DNA of 64,000 nucleotides from a virus (Duplodnaviria; Caudoviricetes): IMG/VR virus record IMGVR_UViG_3300025196_000011, positions 9,030 to 73,029 of that record; one strand, 5' to 3'. Shown piece by piece: positions 43,301 to 52,116 of this stretch (position 1 is its first letter; each line of letters starts with the position of its first letter). The notes under the pieces were generated by a model. It saw only the letters and a program-made list of their open reading frames with translations, ran no database searches and was not told where the DNA came from. The position numbers and the translations under genes were made by a program.

Positions 43301-45784
43301 CTAACCCCACTGTCTTGATTGGCCAAGTCCGCCCGTAATGGCATGGGCTAGGTCACGGTCTGATACGTTCTGATTGATGGTGTCGTTATTGGTCTGCACA
43401 AATAGCGGCTTATCGCTGCTGCCACTGTCTAAACGCTGGGCTATTTTTGGCATTGAGGGGATATTCAACATCGGCGTTGGCGCAAAACTTGCCGCCCCGT
43501 AACCCATTGCCGCTTTACTTGACGCTGCAATATTGTTAGTCATTTTCATATCACCTAAACCAACGCGAGCGGGGTTGCTGGCTGGCGTGTTAGTAGATGA
43601 CTTAAATATCAATGGCTTATTGTCTGCAAACTGATTGTTCACGCTTTCAGCGGCTTTGCTTGGCCGCATGTTGCCAACCTGAACACCAAGCGCGCTGTTA
43701 TTATTTACCGCTTGACTGGCGGCGGACTTGCCCGTCTGCTTCGTGCTAGGTTGCTTCTGAGTGACAACATCCTTGGCTTTATCAATCACCTTGTCTGCGG
43801 CCTCTTTGGTCGTATTCTTAACGCCCGATACCTTGCCTATAGCGAGCACGTCCGCTTTTTCTGCTTGAATACGTTTTGCTACGCTTGCCCTTACGCTCGG
43901 TGAGCTACTAGCAAAGTCTTTATTAACATAGGCCGCTTTATCTGCATACAATGCTTTCAATACAGCTTGATTGTCTTTCATATCAACGCCGCTTTCTGCA
44001 ACGCGCTTGAAACGCGACTTATGGTTAGCGCCGTATTGGGTTGAATGAGAATAGATAGCCTCTTGGATGCCGCGATTGGACGTATCAAAACCATAGCTTT
44101 CAGCGATTTTTTTGGCTGGCATGTAATGAGTACGGGTAATATAGTCTTTTTGTGCTTTCTTAAATTCATCACCGCGCCTATTGGCAACGTCTTTATACTT
44201 GGCGCTAAAAGCGGCTGAACCCGCCGATAAGCCTGCAAACTCGCCAGCAAACGCTTTACCGTCAGGGCTTTTTAAAAAGGCCGCCATCGTGCCAGTTTTT
44301 GACGATAGTTGATGCGTACCATAAGAAACACCGCCCCTATCACCCGCGCCGCTTGATACTGTACCAACGCCGCGGCCACCGGATTCGTACTTTTCTGAGA
44401 CAGAACCTAACCCGCTAAGCCCTAAAGCCTCCGAAAGCCCTGCCCCCGTTGCAGAAACGCCATTGCTGATATTAGTCGCCTGAGAATCTATCCAAGCGCT
44501 CATTTTTCCCGCGAGTGCATCCATTCTCGTAAAAAATGACCGGATGCCACTAATCCAAGTTTCGTTCATTCTTCTAGGTAGGTTATAAGCGCGCACTTCA
44601 TCAGTCCATTTGCTGATATGAGGCTCAACGGTTGTGGCAATAATCGCCCCGCCCTTAGCGCCAAGATAGCCGCCTACCACCGCGCCGATGGCCGTACCCA
44701 CTACCGGTACGACTGAGCCAATCGTACCGCCAACAAGCGCACCGGCTGCACCGCCGCCAACTTGACCTACGCGCTCGGTTTTCTCTTCTTTGTTTAGGCC
44801 TTTCCAGTCCATGCCAAGGCTTGCCGCGCCGGCCACTGCACTGATTGCACCAAGGGCTTTAATGCCGCCCACAGCACGTAAGCCGCGCCCGCCTAAATCT
44901 CTTAGTCTGCCAAGCGCACCACGGCCACGCCGTCCGCCGCCACGTCCACCAAGCAAGCCGCCAAGCATACCGCCGCCCGCTTCGCCTGTTTTTCTAATCG
45001 CTTTCCATATCTTATCGAGTAATTTTTCATTCTCGTTATTGTGCCGGTCTTGGTCAATCGGTAAGGGTTCGCGGCGCTTCATGGCCTTTAGTTTGGACAC
45101 GCTAAACTTAGCAGCACGCCCGCCAAGTTTGGCCGCCCGTCCAAGCGGGGATAATAAATCCTTGGCTTCTTTTAGGCTGTCTAATACGGGGTCAACGCCG
45201 CCGATATTGCCGTTACCGGTAACGCCTTTAAAGCCATTCATCATGCGCGCAAACGCCGCTTGGCTTGCTGACTGGCTGCCACCGGTGAAACGGCCGTTTT
45301 CATCACGTTCGCGGGCGGGGTTGTTGCTGCCACCGTTTGGATTGTTTGATGGTCTACGGGTTCGCGCGCGGTCGGCGGCATTATCGCTGTCACCGCTAAT
45401 GGTTGGCCGGCGGGTATTGCTACGGCGGTTATTGCCATTGTCATTGGTCGGACGCGGGTTATTGCTGCGACTGGTACGGCTGGCGCGTCGATTGGCGCTA
45501 CGGCGCGCGGCGCGGTCTTGTGGGGTTTCATCACTGAGCGGTGAATCCGGCGCACCGTTTGGGGCTTGCTGGCGGTTTAAATGCGGATTGCTTCGAGCGG
45601 CGGCGCGGGCGCTGGCATGTCGCACGGCGCGCGTTAATTCGCTCATTTTGGTGTTGGCAATCTGATTTTGGCTTTTAAGAATTTGGACAATTTCTTGCGT
45701 ATCGTCGTGGACGTTATCAATGCCTTGGCTCATGCGGCGAACGCCCATGATAAAGCCTTGATTGTCATAGTCTAAGATGGTCAT
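43301..45784 (-). CDS. Tape-measure/injection protein with VgrG3-like muramidase domain
   Basis: Gly/Ala-rich hydrophobic tape-measure segment; LGSVSEKYESGGRG...GDRGGVSYGTHQLSS...ITRTHY...STQYG. Confidence 0.8.
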   Translation of the reverse strand: MTILDYDNQGFIMGVRRMSQGIDNVHDDTQEIVQILKSQNQIANTKMSELTRAVRHASARAAARSNPHLNRQQAPNGAPDSPLSDETPQDRAARRSANRRASRTSRSNNPRPTNDNGNNRRSNTRRPTISGDSDNAADRARTRRPSNNPNGGSNNPARERDENGRFTGGSQSASQAAFARMMNGFKGVTGNGNIGGVDPVLDSLKEAKDLLSPLGRAAKLGGRAAKFSVSKLKAMKRREPLPIDQDRHNNENEKLLDKIWKAIRKTGEAGGGMLGGLLGGRGGGRRGRGALGRLRDLGGRGLRAVGGIKALGAISAVAGAASLGMDWKGLNKEEKTERVGQVGGGAAGALVGGTIGSVVPVVGTAIGAVVGGYLGAKGGAIIATTVEPHISKWTDEVRAYNLPRRMNETWISGIRSFFTRMDALAGKMSAWIDSQATNISNGVSATGAGLSEALGLSGLGSVSEKYESGGRGVGTVSSGAGDRGGVSYGTHQLSSKTGTMAAFLKSPDGKAFAGEFAGLSAGSAAFSAKYKDVANRRGDEFKKAQKDYITRTHYMPAKKIAESYGFDTSNRGIQEAIYSHSTQYGANHKSRFKRVAESGVDMKDNQAVLKALYADKAAYVNKDFASSSPSVRASVAKRIQAEKADVLAIGKVSGVKNTTKEAADKVIDKAKDVVTQKQPSTKQTGKSAASQAVNNNSALGVQVGNMRPSKAAESVNNQFADNKPLIFKSSTNTPASNPARVGLGDMKMTNNIAASSKAAMGYGAASFAPTPMLNIPSMPKIAQRLDSGSSDKPLFVQTNNDTINQNVSDRDLAHAITGGLGQSRQWG

Positions 45785-45819
45785 AATTTAGCGCCTGTTT
45801 GGTATCTATAGGTCACTAA

Positions 45820-45858
45820 ATTATGTCATCTTGCGGCGGTTGCCGGCTTTGGTGTTCC
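45820..45858 (-). promoter_or_regulatory. Late promoter (tape measure)
   Basis: GGAACACC 45851-45858, 25 nt, CATAAT. Confidence 0.75.
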
Positions 45859-45864
45859 TATTGG

Positions 45865-46149
45865 CTAATGGATAAGGCTATTTATCGGTTCGGCCGTCCA
45901 AAGTATACCTATCCCTAGCCAAGCGTCTAGCTGTGCTTTTAGCTCGTTTGCGACGGTGTGGGCGTCATAAGCCTTGATAAAGCCTATCGGTACGCACGCG
46001 GTAAAGCCATCGGGATTTTGCGCAAATAGCTCGGTGTCAATCTCGTTGGCCACCGCTTCACACTTGGCAAGCTGTGGGTACTTGCCAGCGTTAATATCGG
46101 CCACCAATGCGGCCAATAGCTCTTTATCGTTGATAGGTGCTTGCGCCAT
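45865..46149 (-). CDS. Hypothetical protein
   Basis: ORF with AAGGA RBS. Confidence 0.6.
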   Translation of the reverse strand: MAQAPINDKELLAALVADINAGKYPQLAKCEAVANEIDTELFAQNPDGFTACVPIGFIKAYDAHTVANELKAQLDAWLGIGILWTAEPINSLIH

Positions 46150-46172
46150 CGGGTCATGTCCTTAAGGGTAGT

Positions 46173-46490
46173 TTAGTCGTCTGTATTATACCAAGCGCCG
46201 GTCGTCTTTTGGTCTTTTAGCCGCTGCAATCCTATCAAAAGTAAGCGCTGCACGGTCTTAAGCTCGGCGTAAACCCAATTGCTTTTGCGCATGTGTTTGA
46301 CGTGGTTTTCAATGGCCAATTCAAGCTCCATTAATTCCTGAGCGCTCAGCTCCATCGTGAGGGTTATTACCCGCTCGTCAGGCTCATGCTGGTGCTCATG
46401 CTTAATGGTTCTTATGTCGCCTATGCTGACAGCTCTATCGGTTCTAAGCTGGCTGGCGACGTGCTTGGTTCGTCTAAATTGCAATGTCAT
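46173..46490 (-). CDS. Hypothetical protein
   Basis: ORF with AAGGA RBS. Confidence 0.6.
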   Translation of the reverse strand: MTLQFRRTKHVASQLRTDRAVSIGDIRTIKHEHQHEPDERVITLTMELSAQELMELELAIENHVKHMRKSNWVYAELKTVQRLLLIGLQRLKDQKTTGAWYNTDD

Positions 46491-46510
46491 TTGCTGTCCT
46501 TAAGTGGGCG

Positions 46511-46909
46511 TTATGGGGCAATGTCAAAAAGGCGGATAGGTTCGATTGGCCGGATTGGCGGCGCTGAATCTTCTTTAGATTTAAACAAGGTTATCTCTTC
46601 AGCGAAAATAGCCCTATTTTCAAGGGCTTCGGGCGAAAATATCGGCCAATTTGTGGTTTTCTCTTCAGCGGTTTTTGCTGTGAAATTTGGTTGATACATC
46701 GCTATATCGTCGGCCAATTCATCGTCTATCATCACTAGGTTGGTATCAATCATCAACGCGCCCATTGCGGCATTGTAATAAACTTGCGGATTGGCGCTAT
46801 TTTTTAGCGCCTCATAGTTGCGGCGATTGACTTTGATTAAGCCGATAGGGTCAATATTGGCGCAATGGCCAAAGCTAAAGCCAAAAGGCTCATAAGGTCT
46901 AGTTTGCAT
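46511..46909 (-). CDS. Hypothetical protein (start refined to ATG 46909)
   Basis: AAGGA RBS; overlaps upstream stop. Confidence 0.55.
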   Translation of the reverse strand: MQTRPYEPFGFSFGHCANIDPIGLIKVNRRNYEALKNSANPQVYYNAAMGALMIDTNLVMIDDELADDIAMYQPNFTAKTAEEKTTNWPIFSPEALENRAIFAEEITLFKSKEDSAPPIRPIEPIRLFDIAP

Positions 46910-47516
46910 GGCTACCATCCTTTTGTTGGTATATCTTATTATCACCAACCACCTTAAATTCAATCACCCAAACCCAAGGGTTTTTAAACCATGCAACCTC
47001 GCCATGCTTTGGCATCCAGTAGTCAGCTGCGAAATCCATTAACCCATCGCGCGCCTCTTTTAGTAAATCGCCAAGCGTTATGTCTTGCACACGCTCAATG
47101 CTAATATCGGTTATTTCTAAGAGTAGGCGACTTGCTATACGGTGCATGTCCTCAGCCTTTCTAAACCTACCTGTTCTAATATCCTTGCTATCAGCGATAT
47201 AATTGATTGAAATTACTCTTGATAAGCTAGCTAAAGGCTCATTATCAAACACACTATTCGTCGTCCAATCCTCTTGCACCCACAATCTATTGCCAGTAGC
47301 ACCAAACGGACAATCGATAAGTAAAGTATCTTCGACACTATCGCCGTCATTTGCACACTTATGAAAAATAGCAGCATCACCATCTGCGGCAAAATCCCAT
47401 TCATAGCCAGCGCTTACCTGCTCACTGGTCAATATAGGTATCCTATGTTGCGTCTTATTACCCGCCAATATAGCGTTGACTTCGTTAGCATCAAAAATAA
47501 TAGGTTTTTCGGTCAT
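46899..47516 (-). CDS. ASCH/PUA-like phage protein
   Basis: KPIIF...AILAGNKTQHR...CPFG..GNRLWVQE...NPWVWVIEF. Confidence 0.75.
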   Translation of the reverse strand: MTEKPIIFDANEVNAILAGNKTQHRIPILTSEQVSAGYEWDFAADGDAAIFHKCANDGDSVEDTLLIDCPFGATGNRLWVQEDWTTNSVFDNEPLASLSRVISINYIADSKDIRTGRFRKAEDMHRIASRLLLEITDISIERVQDITLGDLLKEARDGLMDFAADYWMPKHGEVAWFKNPWVWVIEFKVVGDNKIYQQKDGSHAN

Positions 47517-47546
47517 TAGGTTAATCCTTTTTTTTGGTAAAGTTTT

Positions 47547-48503
47547 TCAATCCTCAACGTCGGTATAGTCTATTTCTTCGGCTTCGTCGGGGTCGTCTTT
47601 ATACTCCGCACCAAAGCTGGGGCTTGCCTCAACGTCCATAATTTCAAGTAAGCGCGCGTGAAGTTCGGGTACTAAGCGTTCGCGGGCTTCGCGTTCTTTA
47701 TCATCAATATCCCCAAGGGCGGCCAATGCACCCAAACGACGGTCTTGCTCTGATTGCTTAAAGTCGTCGGCGGTGATACCAAGCATCGGCATGTCTACCT
47801 CTGAGATTGCCTTAAGCGCAATGGCTAAGCTGGTCGTCGTATCGGTTAGCGATTTGCTCAATACCATGGCTTTTTGCACACGCTGGGCGGCGACTTCAAC
47901 GTCGTTTGACGGCTCAGCATTGGTATTTTCGCCTATCTCAAAGTTTGCGCCGTAATTGCCGATTAATGCCGCCTCTTCTGCACGGGTAACGTCGTCGGCC
48001 AAGCTCTTAATACTGAGCGTTATATCGAGCGCTTGGTCGAATAAATCGCCTAAATTTTTGTAGCGGCGGCGGTACTTTTGAATGACTTTGGCACGGTCGG
48101 CGGCGTTGACTACGACACTTTCCGAAATATCACCAATAACCGCTTGTCTTGCTTCCTCGATGGCGCTTGCTTCCGTGTTTTGTGCTTTATTAGTTTTCGA
48201 TGGAATCAAAGATTTTTTTTGGGCTTTTTGCTTCCTCGTTTGCTTGCTTCCTGCCCCTCTTGCTTCCGCTTTTGCCCCCGTTTTGGTGGCTGTGCTTCCG
48301 CTTTTTGACGGTTTTATGAGGTTGTGTTTTTTCCATGCTTCTTTTTTCCGGCGCTTGCTGATTGTGCCGCTAGATTTAGGCGCTTCCTCACCAAAAGCAT
48401 CGGACAATTGCTCAATCAATTCACGGTCGGTTATGGTGGCGGTGTTTTCCCATATCAGGCGGGCGGCCTCCCAAACGTCGGTCGGTAGCGGCCTATTATC
48501 CAC
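47547..48503 (-). CDS. Candidate terminase small subunit (PacA-like)
   Basis: N-terminal HTH-like region (GTISKRRKKEAW), basic linker, coiled coil, acidic tail. Confidence 0.5.
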   Translation of the reverse strand: MDNRPLPTDVWEAARLIWENTATITDRELIEQLSDAFGEEAPKSSGTISKRRKKEAWKKHNLIKPSKSGSTATKTGAKAEARGAGSKQTRKQKAQKKSLIPSKTNKAQNTEASAIEEARQAVIGDISESVVVNAADRAKVIQKYRRRYKNLGDLFDQALDITLSIKSLADDVTRAEEAALIGNYGANFEIGENTNAEPSNDVEVAAQRVQKAMVLSKSLTDTTTSLAIALKAISEVDMPMLGITADDFKQSEQDRRLGALAALGDIDDKEREARERLVPELHARLLEIMDVEASPSFGAEYKDDPDEAEEIDYTDVED

Positions 48504-49197
48504 AATTCACCCCCACCGCAATCTCTTCGTCTAACTCTTCGGGCGCAATCAACGGGATGCTGTATTGGTAATGCTTATCCATGTCGCGCAATAGGCGGTG
48601 TTTGTCCTCCTTATCGACGCGCTCTTTTATCTGCATCATTTGCGTATCAATAGCATTGACCTGCCTTGCTTGGTCAACGTCTATTTTTCTAATCACACCC
48701 ATAGCGCGGTTGACCGTATGAAGCACGGACGGCGACAATTGCACGCCTTTGCGCTGCTCTTCTTTAATTGCGGCGCATAAATCCCTAGTTTCCTGTAATA
48801 GCGCGGCGTGGTCGTTTTGGTTAATGGCTTTCATGTGGCCAACAACGACGCCGGCAAGCTCGCTGGCCATCATTTCAATAAGACAATGGGATTGCGTGAC
48901 AACGTGGTTAATCGTGCCAGCCAGCATATCGACTTCGGGTTCAGTAGATAGGCCGCATATATAATCTAATGATTGGCCGTATAAGTTCTGAAAAATAAGC
49001 AAGTCAATGAGCGTTAAATCCTTTTTACCGTTCTCGATTTCACTAATTCTGTTTCGATTATTGGATACACCCCATACCGCTTGCATGACTTCGGTTTGTG
49101 TCATGCCAGCATTGCGCCGTGCGGCGGCTAGATTCAATCCTACGGTGACATTGATGTTCTTTACGTCACGCTTTGTATACCCTAAACGTTTGGCCAC
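48496..49197 (-). CDS. XRE-family HTH transcription regulator (probable start GTG 49197)
   Basis: LAAARRNAGMTQTEV...RISEIENGK; AGGGGG SD before GTG. Confidence 0.75.
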   Translation of the reverse strand: MAKRLGYTKRDVKNINVTVGLNLAAARRNAGMTQTEVMQAVWGVSNNRNRISEIENGKKDLTLIDLLIFQNLYGQSLDYICGLSTEPEVDMLAGTINHVVTQSHCLIEMMASELAGVVVGHMKAINQNDHAALLQETRDLCAAIKEEQRKGVQLSPSVLHTVNRAMGVIRKIDVDQARQVNAIDTQMMQIKERVDKEDKHRLLRDMDKHYQYSIPLIAPEELDEEIAVGVNCG

Positions 49198-49220
49198 TTT
49201 TCCCCCTGAGCATCCCGTCA

Positions 49221-49249
49221 TTGCAATACACTTGCAATGTTTATATAAT
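49221..49249 (+). promoter_or_regulatory. Sigma70 promoter antisense to early operon
   Basis: TTGCAA(49221-49226)-17 nt-TATAAT(49244-49249). Confidence 0.7.
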
Positions 49250-49255
49250 CGATTT

Positions 49256-49322
49256 GCTATCTGCTCAGTTCATATCCTGCGGCAAACTAAGCGCCAATGC
49301 GTCCAACATTGGCGCTTTTTTA
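49256..49322 (+). ncRNA. Candidate ~67-nt antisense sRNA
   Basis: Consensus promoter plus terminator AAGCGCCAATG...CATTGGCGCT-T6, intergenic. Confidence 0.5.
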
Positions 49323-49329
49323 TTGCTTT

Positions 49330-49557
49330 TTATTTATCTCTTCTCACTTCGTTAATTAATCTGATTAACTGCAACAATACCGCTAGGATTATTGCTGCCA
49401 ATAGCGCCTTATGAAAAACATTAGCCCAACCATAGAAGCGGCCGCGCTCTTCACTCAAAATAATTAAAACTAGCTGGCAAAAACCTAATATCAATATTCT
49501 GTCAAAAGGCAATGGCGGTTTATTAAAGAAGTTTGCAAGGCGTTTCATTTTCATCAT
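49330..49557 (-). CDS. Small membrane protein
   Basis: Two hydrophobic segments. Confidence 0.5.
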   Translation of the reverse strand: MMKMKRLANFFNKPPLPFDRILILGFCQLVLIILSEERGRFYGWANVFHKALLAAIILAVLLQLIRLINEVRRDK

Positions 49558-50434
49558 CCGTTAATTGTTTGTAGTCGATTTGATTAACTTCTTTCCAGTC
49601 GGTTATTAAAACGTCTTTAACCCGCTGGCCTTTAATTAATAGTATCTCTTTAATATTTTTTGATAACCGCTCGATACTAAATATTTTATTGCCAAAAGTT
49701 CTTACGCAAATATAGCCGCGCTTAAATCCTTTTTTGCCGCCGCCATTGCATGAAAAAGTGACATAAAAATAACGCTTGCCATCACTTGCCGGCGCTGGTG
49801 CGTCCGCCTTTGGTTTGGGCGCGGGCGTAGGCTCAACCGCCTCTACCGGCTTGGCCTTATATTTCTTAGCAAAATCAGCTAACTGCATATCCAAAAAGCC
49901 CATGCGCATATTAGATAAGAACGTAACCCATGCTGAACCGTCCGGTTTTTGCCATGTCTTTTTGATTGTCACTTCTTCGGCATAGCCGCCATCGCAAATA
50001 TAGGCGTTTTCATTTCTAATAAAAGTTTTACTGACTTCGTAACCCTCAAAAATAGCGGGCGACTTTATTTTCATGTCGTCACTATTTCTTCTGTGCTGGC
50101 ACGCCGCGCAATCACAGCTATTATCAATCTCAACGCTATTCAATTCAGCGACGTCAACGTTTTGAATACAGTTATTCTTAATCGCTATTAAACCTCTCGC
50201 CTCTTTTGTGCCTAAATCAAGCCCCATAAAAACCCCTTTTTTAATCTTGTTTTTTAGCTTGGCATTTTTGCCTTTGGCGGCTATCAATTCATCAATCTGC
50301 TCTTGTGTTTTACCAAGCACGCAACGCAAGCAAGCGCCGTTGTTTTCAATCAAGCCGCTACTGGTAGAACCCGCTTGGCATTTACGCTCACACAGCGGAC
50401 ATATTGTTTTTGTGCAATCTTTTTTAGCGGTCAT
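49523..50434 (-). CDS. Cys-rich mosaic hypothetical protein (start refined to ATG 50434)
   Basis: CPLC, CLRC and CDCAAC clusters; second in-frame ATG at 50227 with AAGGGG RBS. Confidence 0.6.
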   Translation of the reverse strand: MTAKKDCTKTICPLCERKCQAGSTSSGLIENNGACLRCVLGKTQEQIDELIAAKGKNAKLKNKIKKGVFMGLDLGTKEARGLIAIKNNCIQNVDVAELNSVEIDNSCDCAACQHRRNSDDMKIKSPAIFEGYEVSKTFIRNENAYICDGGYAEEVTIKKTWQKPDGSAWVTFLSNMRMGFLDMQLADFAKKYKAKPVEAVEPTPAPKPKADAPAPASDGKRYFYVTFSCNGGGKKGFKRGYICVRTFGNKIFSIERLSKNIKEILLIKGQRVKDVLITDWKEVNQIDYKQLTDDENETPCKLL

Positions 50435-50687
50435 CAGCGGCGGCCTCTTCTTGGTCTTGGTGAAAGAATATGTCGGCACGAACAAGGGCTATTTCGGGGT
50501 TTAATTCAAGCGCGCGGTCAATCAGTAATTCTTCGCGCTTCTGCTGGGTGTTGGCGTCCTCACTGTTGGCGGCAAACTCCGGCACGGTAAATCGGCACTG
50601 GCCGACGACGACTTGGCCATTGATATACAATGTGCCCTCAATCTGATTTTCTTTCATTGTCACCATAGCGGCGCGGGCATTGCTCAT
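50424..50687 (-). CDS. Hypothetical protein
   Basis: Coupled ORF. Confidence 0.6.
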   Translation of the reverse strand: MSNARAAMVTMKENQIEGTLYINGQVVVGQCRFTVPEFAANSEDANTQQKREELLIDRALELNPEIALVRADIFFHQDQEEAAADDR

Positions 50688-51160
50688 AATCTGTATTCCT
50701 TAAGGTGGTTTCTGTTGGTTTCGTAAATCTCAATGCCGTGTACGTCGAGCATTGCCTTGCTTTTATTGATGTAATCCTGAGTGCGTTTACCCTTAAAGTC
50801 CTCAACGACTTCTTCACCGGTTTCATTGTTGATATACACAAAATCGGCTTTGTAGACGACGGCGCGTACCGCTGTGCCGTCTTTTTTACGCCCTTTTGGG
50901 GTCAACTCATACGGCACTTGTAAGCGTAAGTCTTTAATGCGGCCAAGGCTTTGCGCGTACTTTAAAAACTCATAGCGCAAGCCCTCGCCTTTACTGTCAA
51001 ACTTGATACCGTCGATGATGGTTTTCACGTTGCCGTACTTGCTTTTTTTGGCCGCATTGGTGGCCTTGGTCGGCCATACGTCCGCTACTTTGTGCGCGTT
51101 CATGCGTCCAACGTTGGTGTTTGCTATATCCGCCCACTGAATACCGCGCGTCTTAGCCAT
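50684..51160 (-). CDS. DUF1064 PD-(D/E)xK endonuclease
   Basis: KYGNVKTIIDGIKFDSKGE...YKADFVY...VVEDFKG. Confidence 0.85.
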   Translation of the reverse strand: MAKTRGIQWADIANTNVGRMNAHKVADVWPTKATNAAKKSKYGNVKTIIDGIKFDSKGEGLRYEFLKYAQSLGRIKDLRLQVPYELTPKGRKKDGTAVRAVVYKADFVYINNETGEEVVEDFKGKRTQDYINKSKAMLDVHGIEIYETNRNHLKEYRL

Positions 51161-51180
51161 AATCTAGCCCCTGTGGCGTT

Positions 51181-51483
51181 TTAAATAGTTCTAATACCCG
51201 TTTGTACCGTTGATAGGTCTAAGTCACTTAGGCCGTCCATTGAGTGCCCCTGTAATGTCCATCGGCGGCTATCGCTAAAATCGCGCTCGCTTGGAATACC
51301 GGTATAAGTGCAAGCGTAGTAACCGTTGGTTTTACTATAGGTCATGCCGATACATAGCTCGCCCGCCAGCGTTAAAGCGCTACTGTTAAAAACCCCATGG
51401 GCGTTTGGCCGGTTAGCATTGGCGGCGGCTTGGCGGCGCGCATACTCGATTTGGCCATTGGTTTTGACTTGGTTGTTTGTCAT
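51181..51483 (-). CDS. Hypothetical protein
   Basis: ORF in early operon. Confidence 0.6.
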   Translation of the reverse strand: MTNNQVKTNGQIEYARRQAAANANRPNAHGVFNSSALTLAGELCIGMTYSKTNGYYACTYTGIPSERDFSDSRRWTLQGHSMDGLSDLDLSTVQTGIRTI

Positions 51484-51484
51484 G

Positions 51485-51787
51485 CTATGTCACCTCACGG
51501 TTAATAGCTGAATTGAGCCAATTGCTAGCATCAAACTTGATGGCATCGGCATAGCTGGCAGTCATCTTTTCGCCAGTCATAACGCCCATTACATAATGGT
51601 TATAATCGATATGATTTTTTGGCCACCATTGACCACGGGTTGTAGTCAACTCTTCTGCGGTTAAGCTGTGATAGAAGCCAAGGCCGCTTTCATCAACGGC
51701 GGCGCATTTAGCCCAATCAGGTGCGTATTTAAAGTCCGCTTGCGTTAGCTGTATTAATTCACTCTTAGCGCTTTTTTTAATATCCAT
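51485..51787 (-). CDS. Hypothetical phage protein
   Basis: APDWAKCAAVDESG...WW motif common in phage ORFs. Confidence 0.65.
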   Translation of the reverse strand: MDIKKSAKSELIQLTQADFKYAPDWAKCAAVDESGLGFYHSLTAEELTTTRGQWWPKNHIDYNHYVMGVMTGEKMTASYADAIKFDASNWLNSAINREVT

Positions 51788-52113
51788 TACTGCCCTCTCT
51801 GATTTAAGTGGTACACGCCAGCGCTATCAAAATATTCGTCACAAGCCTCTGCATCAGCCCTGTTATCCTCACCAACGACGGCAACGGTTTTGTAACCAAC
51901 TTCTAGCGCGATAGCATCCATAATCATCATCATCACGCCAAGCGGTGCGCGGATAGACAGACTGTCATCACCAACGTTTACTTTAAGTTCGTGGTCATCA
52001 CCGCTAAAAGTTTTCAGCGTGGCTGTATCGTTGTGCCAGTGGTTGTGCCAGTTTGAATAATCGCTTGAATCGCTTAGGTCTATCACGATGTTATCTAGTA
52101 AAATTGCGGCCAT
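51787..52113 (-). CDS. Hypothetical protein
   Basis: AAGGAG RBS. Confidence 0.6.
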   Translation of the reverse strand: MAAILLDNIVIDLSDSSDYSNWHNHWHNDTATLKTFSGDDHELKVNVGDDSLSIRAPLGVMMMIMDAIALEVGYKTVAVVGEDNRADAEACDEYFDSAGVYHLNQRGQ

Positions 52114-52116
52114 GCC

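Noticed and set aside
44790-45665. Long plus-strand ORF (291 aa) and similar plus-strand ORFs across 100-48500
   Set aside because: Antisense shadows of GC-rich minus-strand genes; no RBS or motif support
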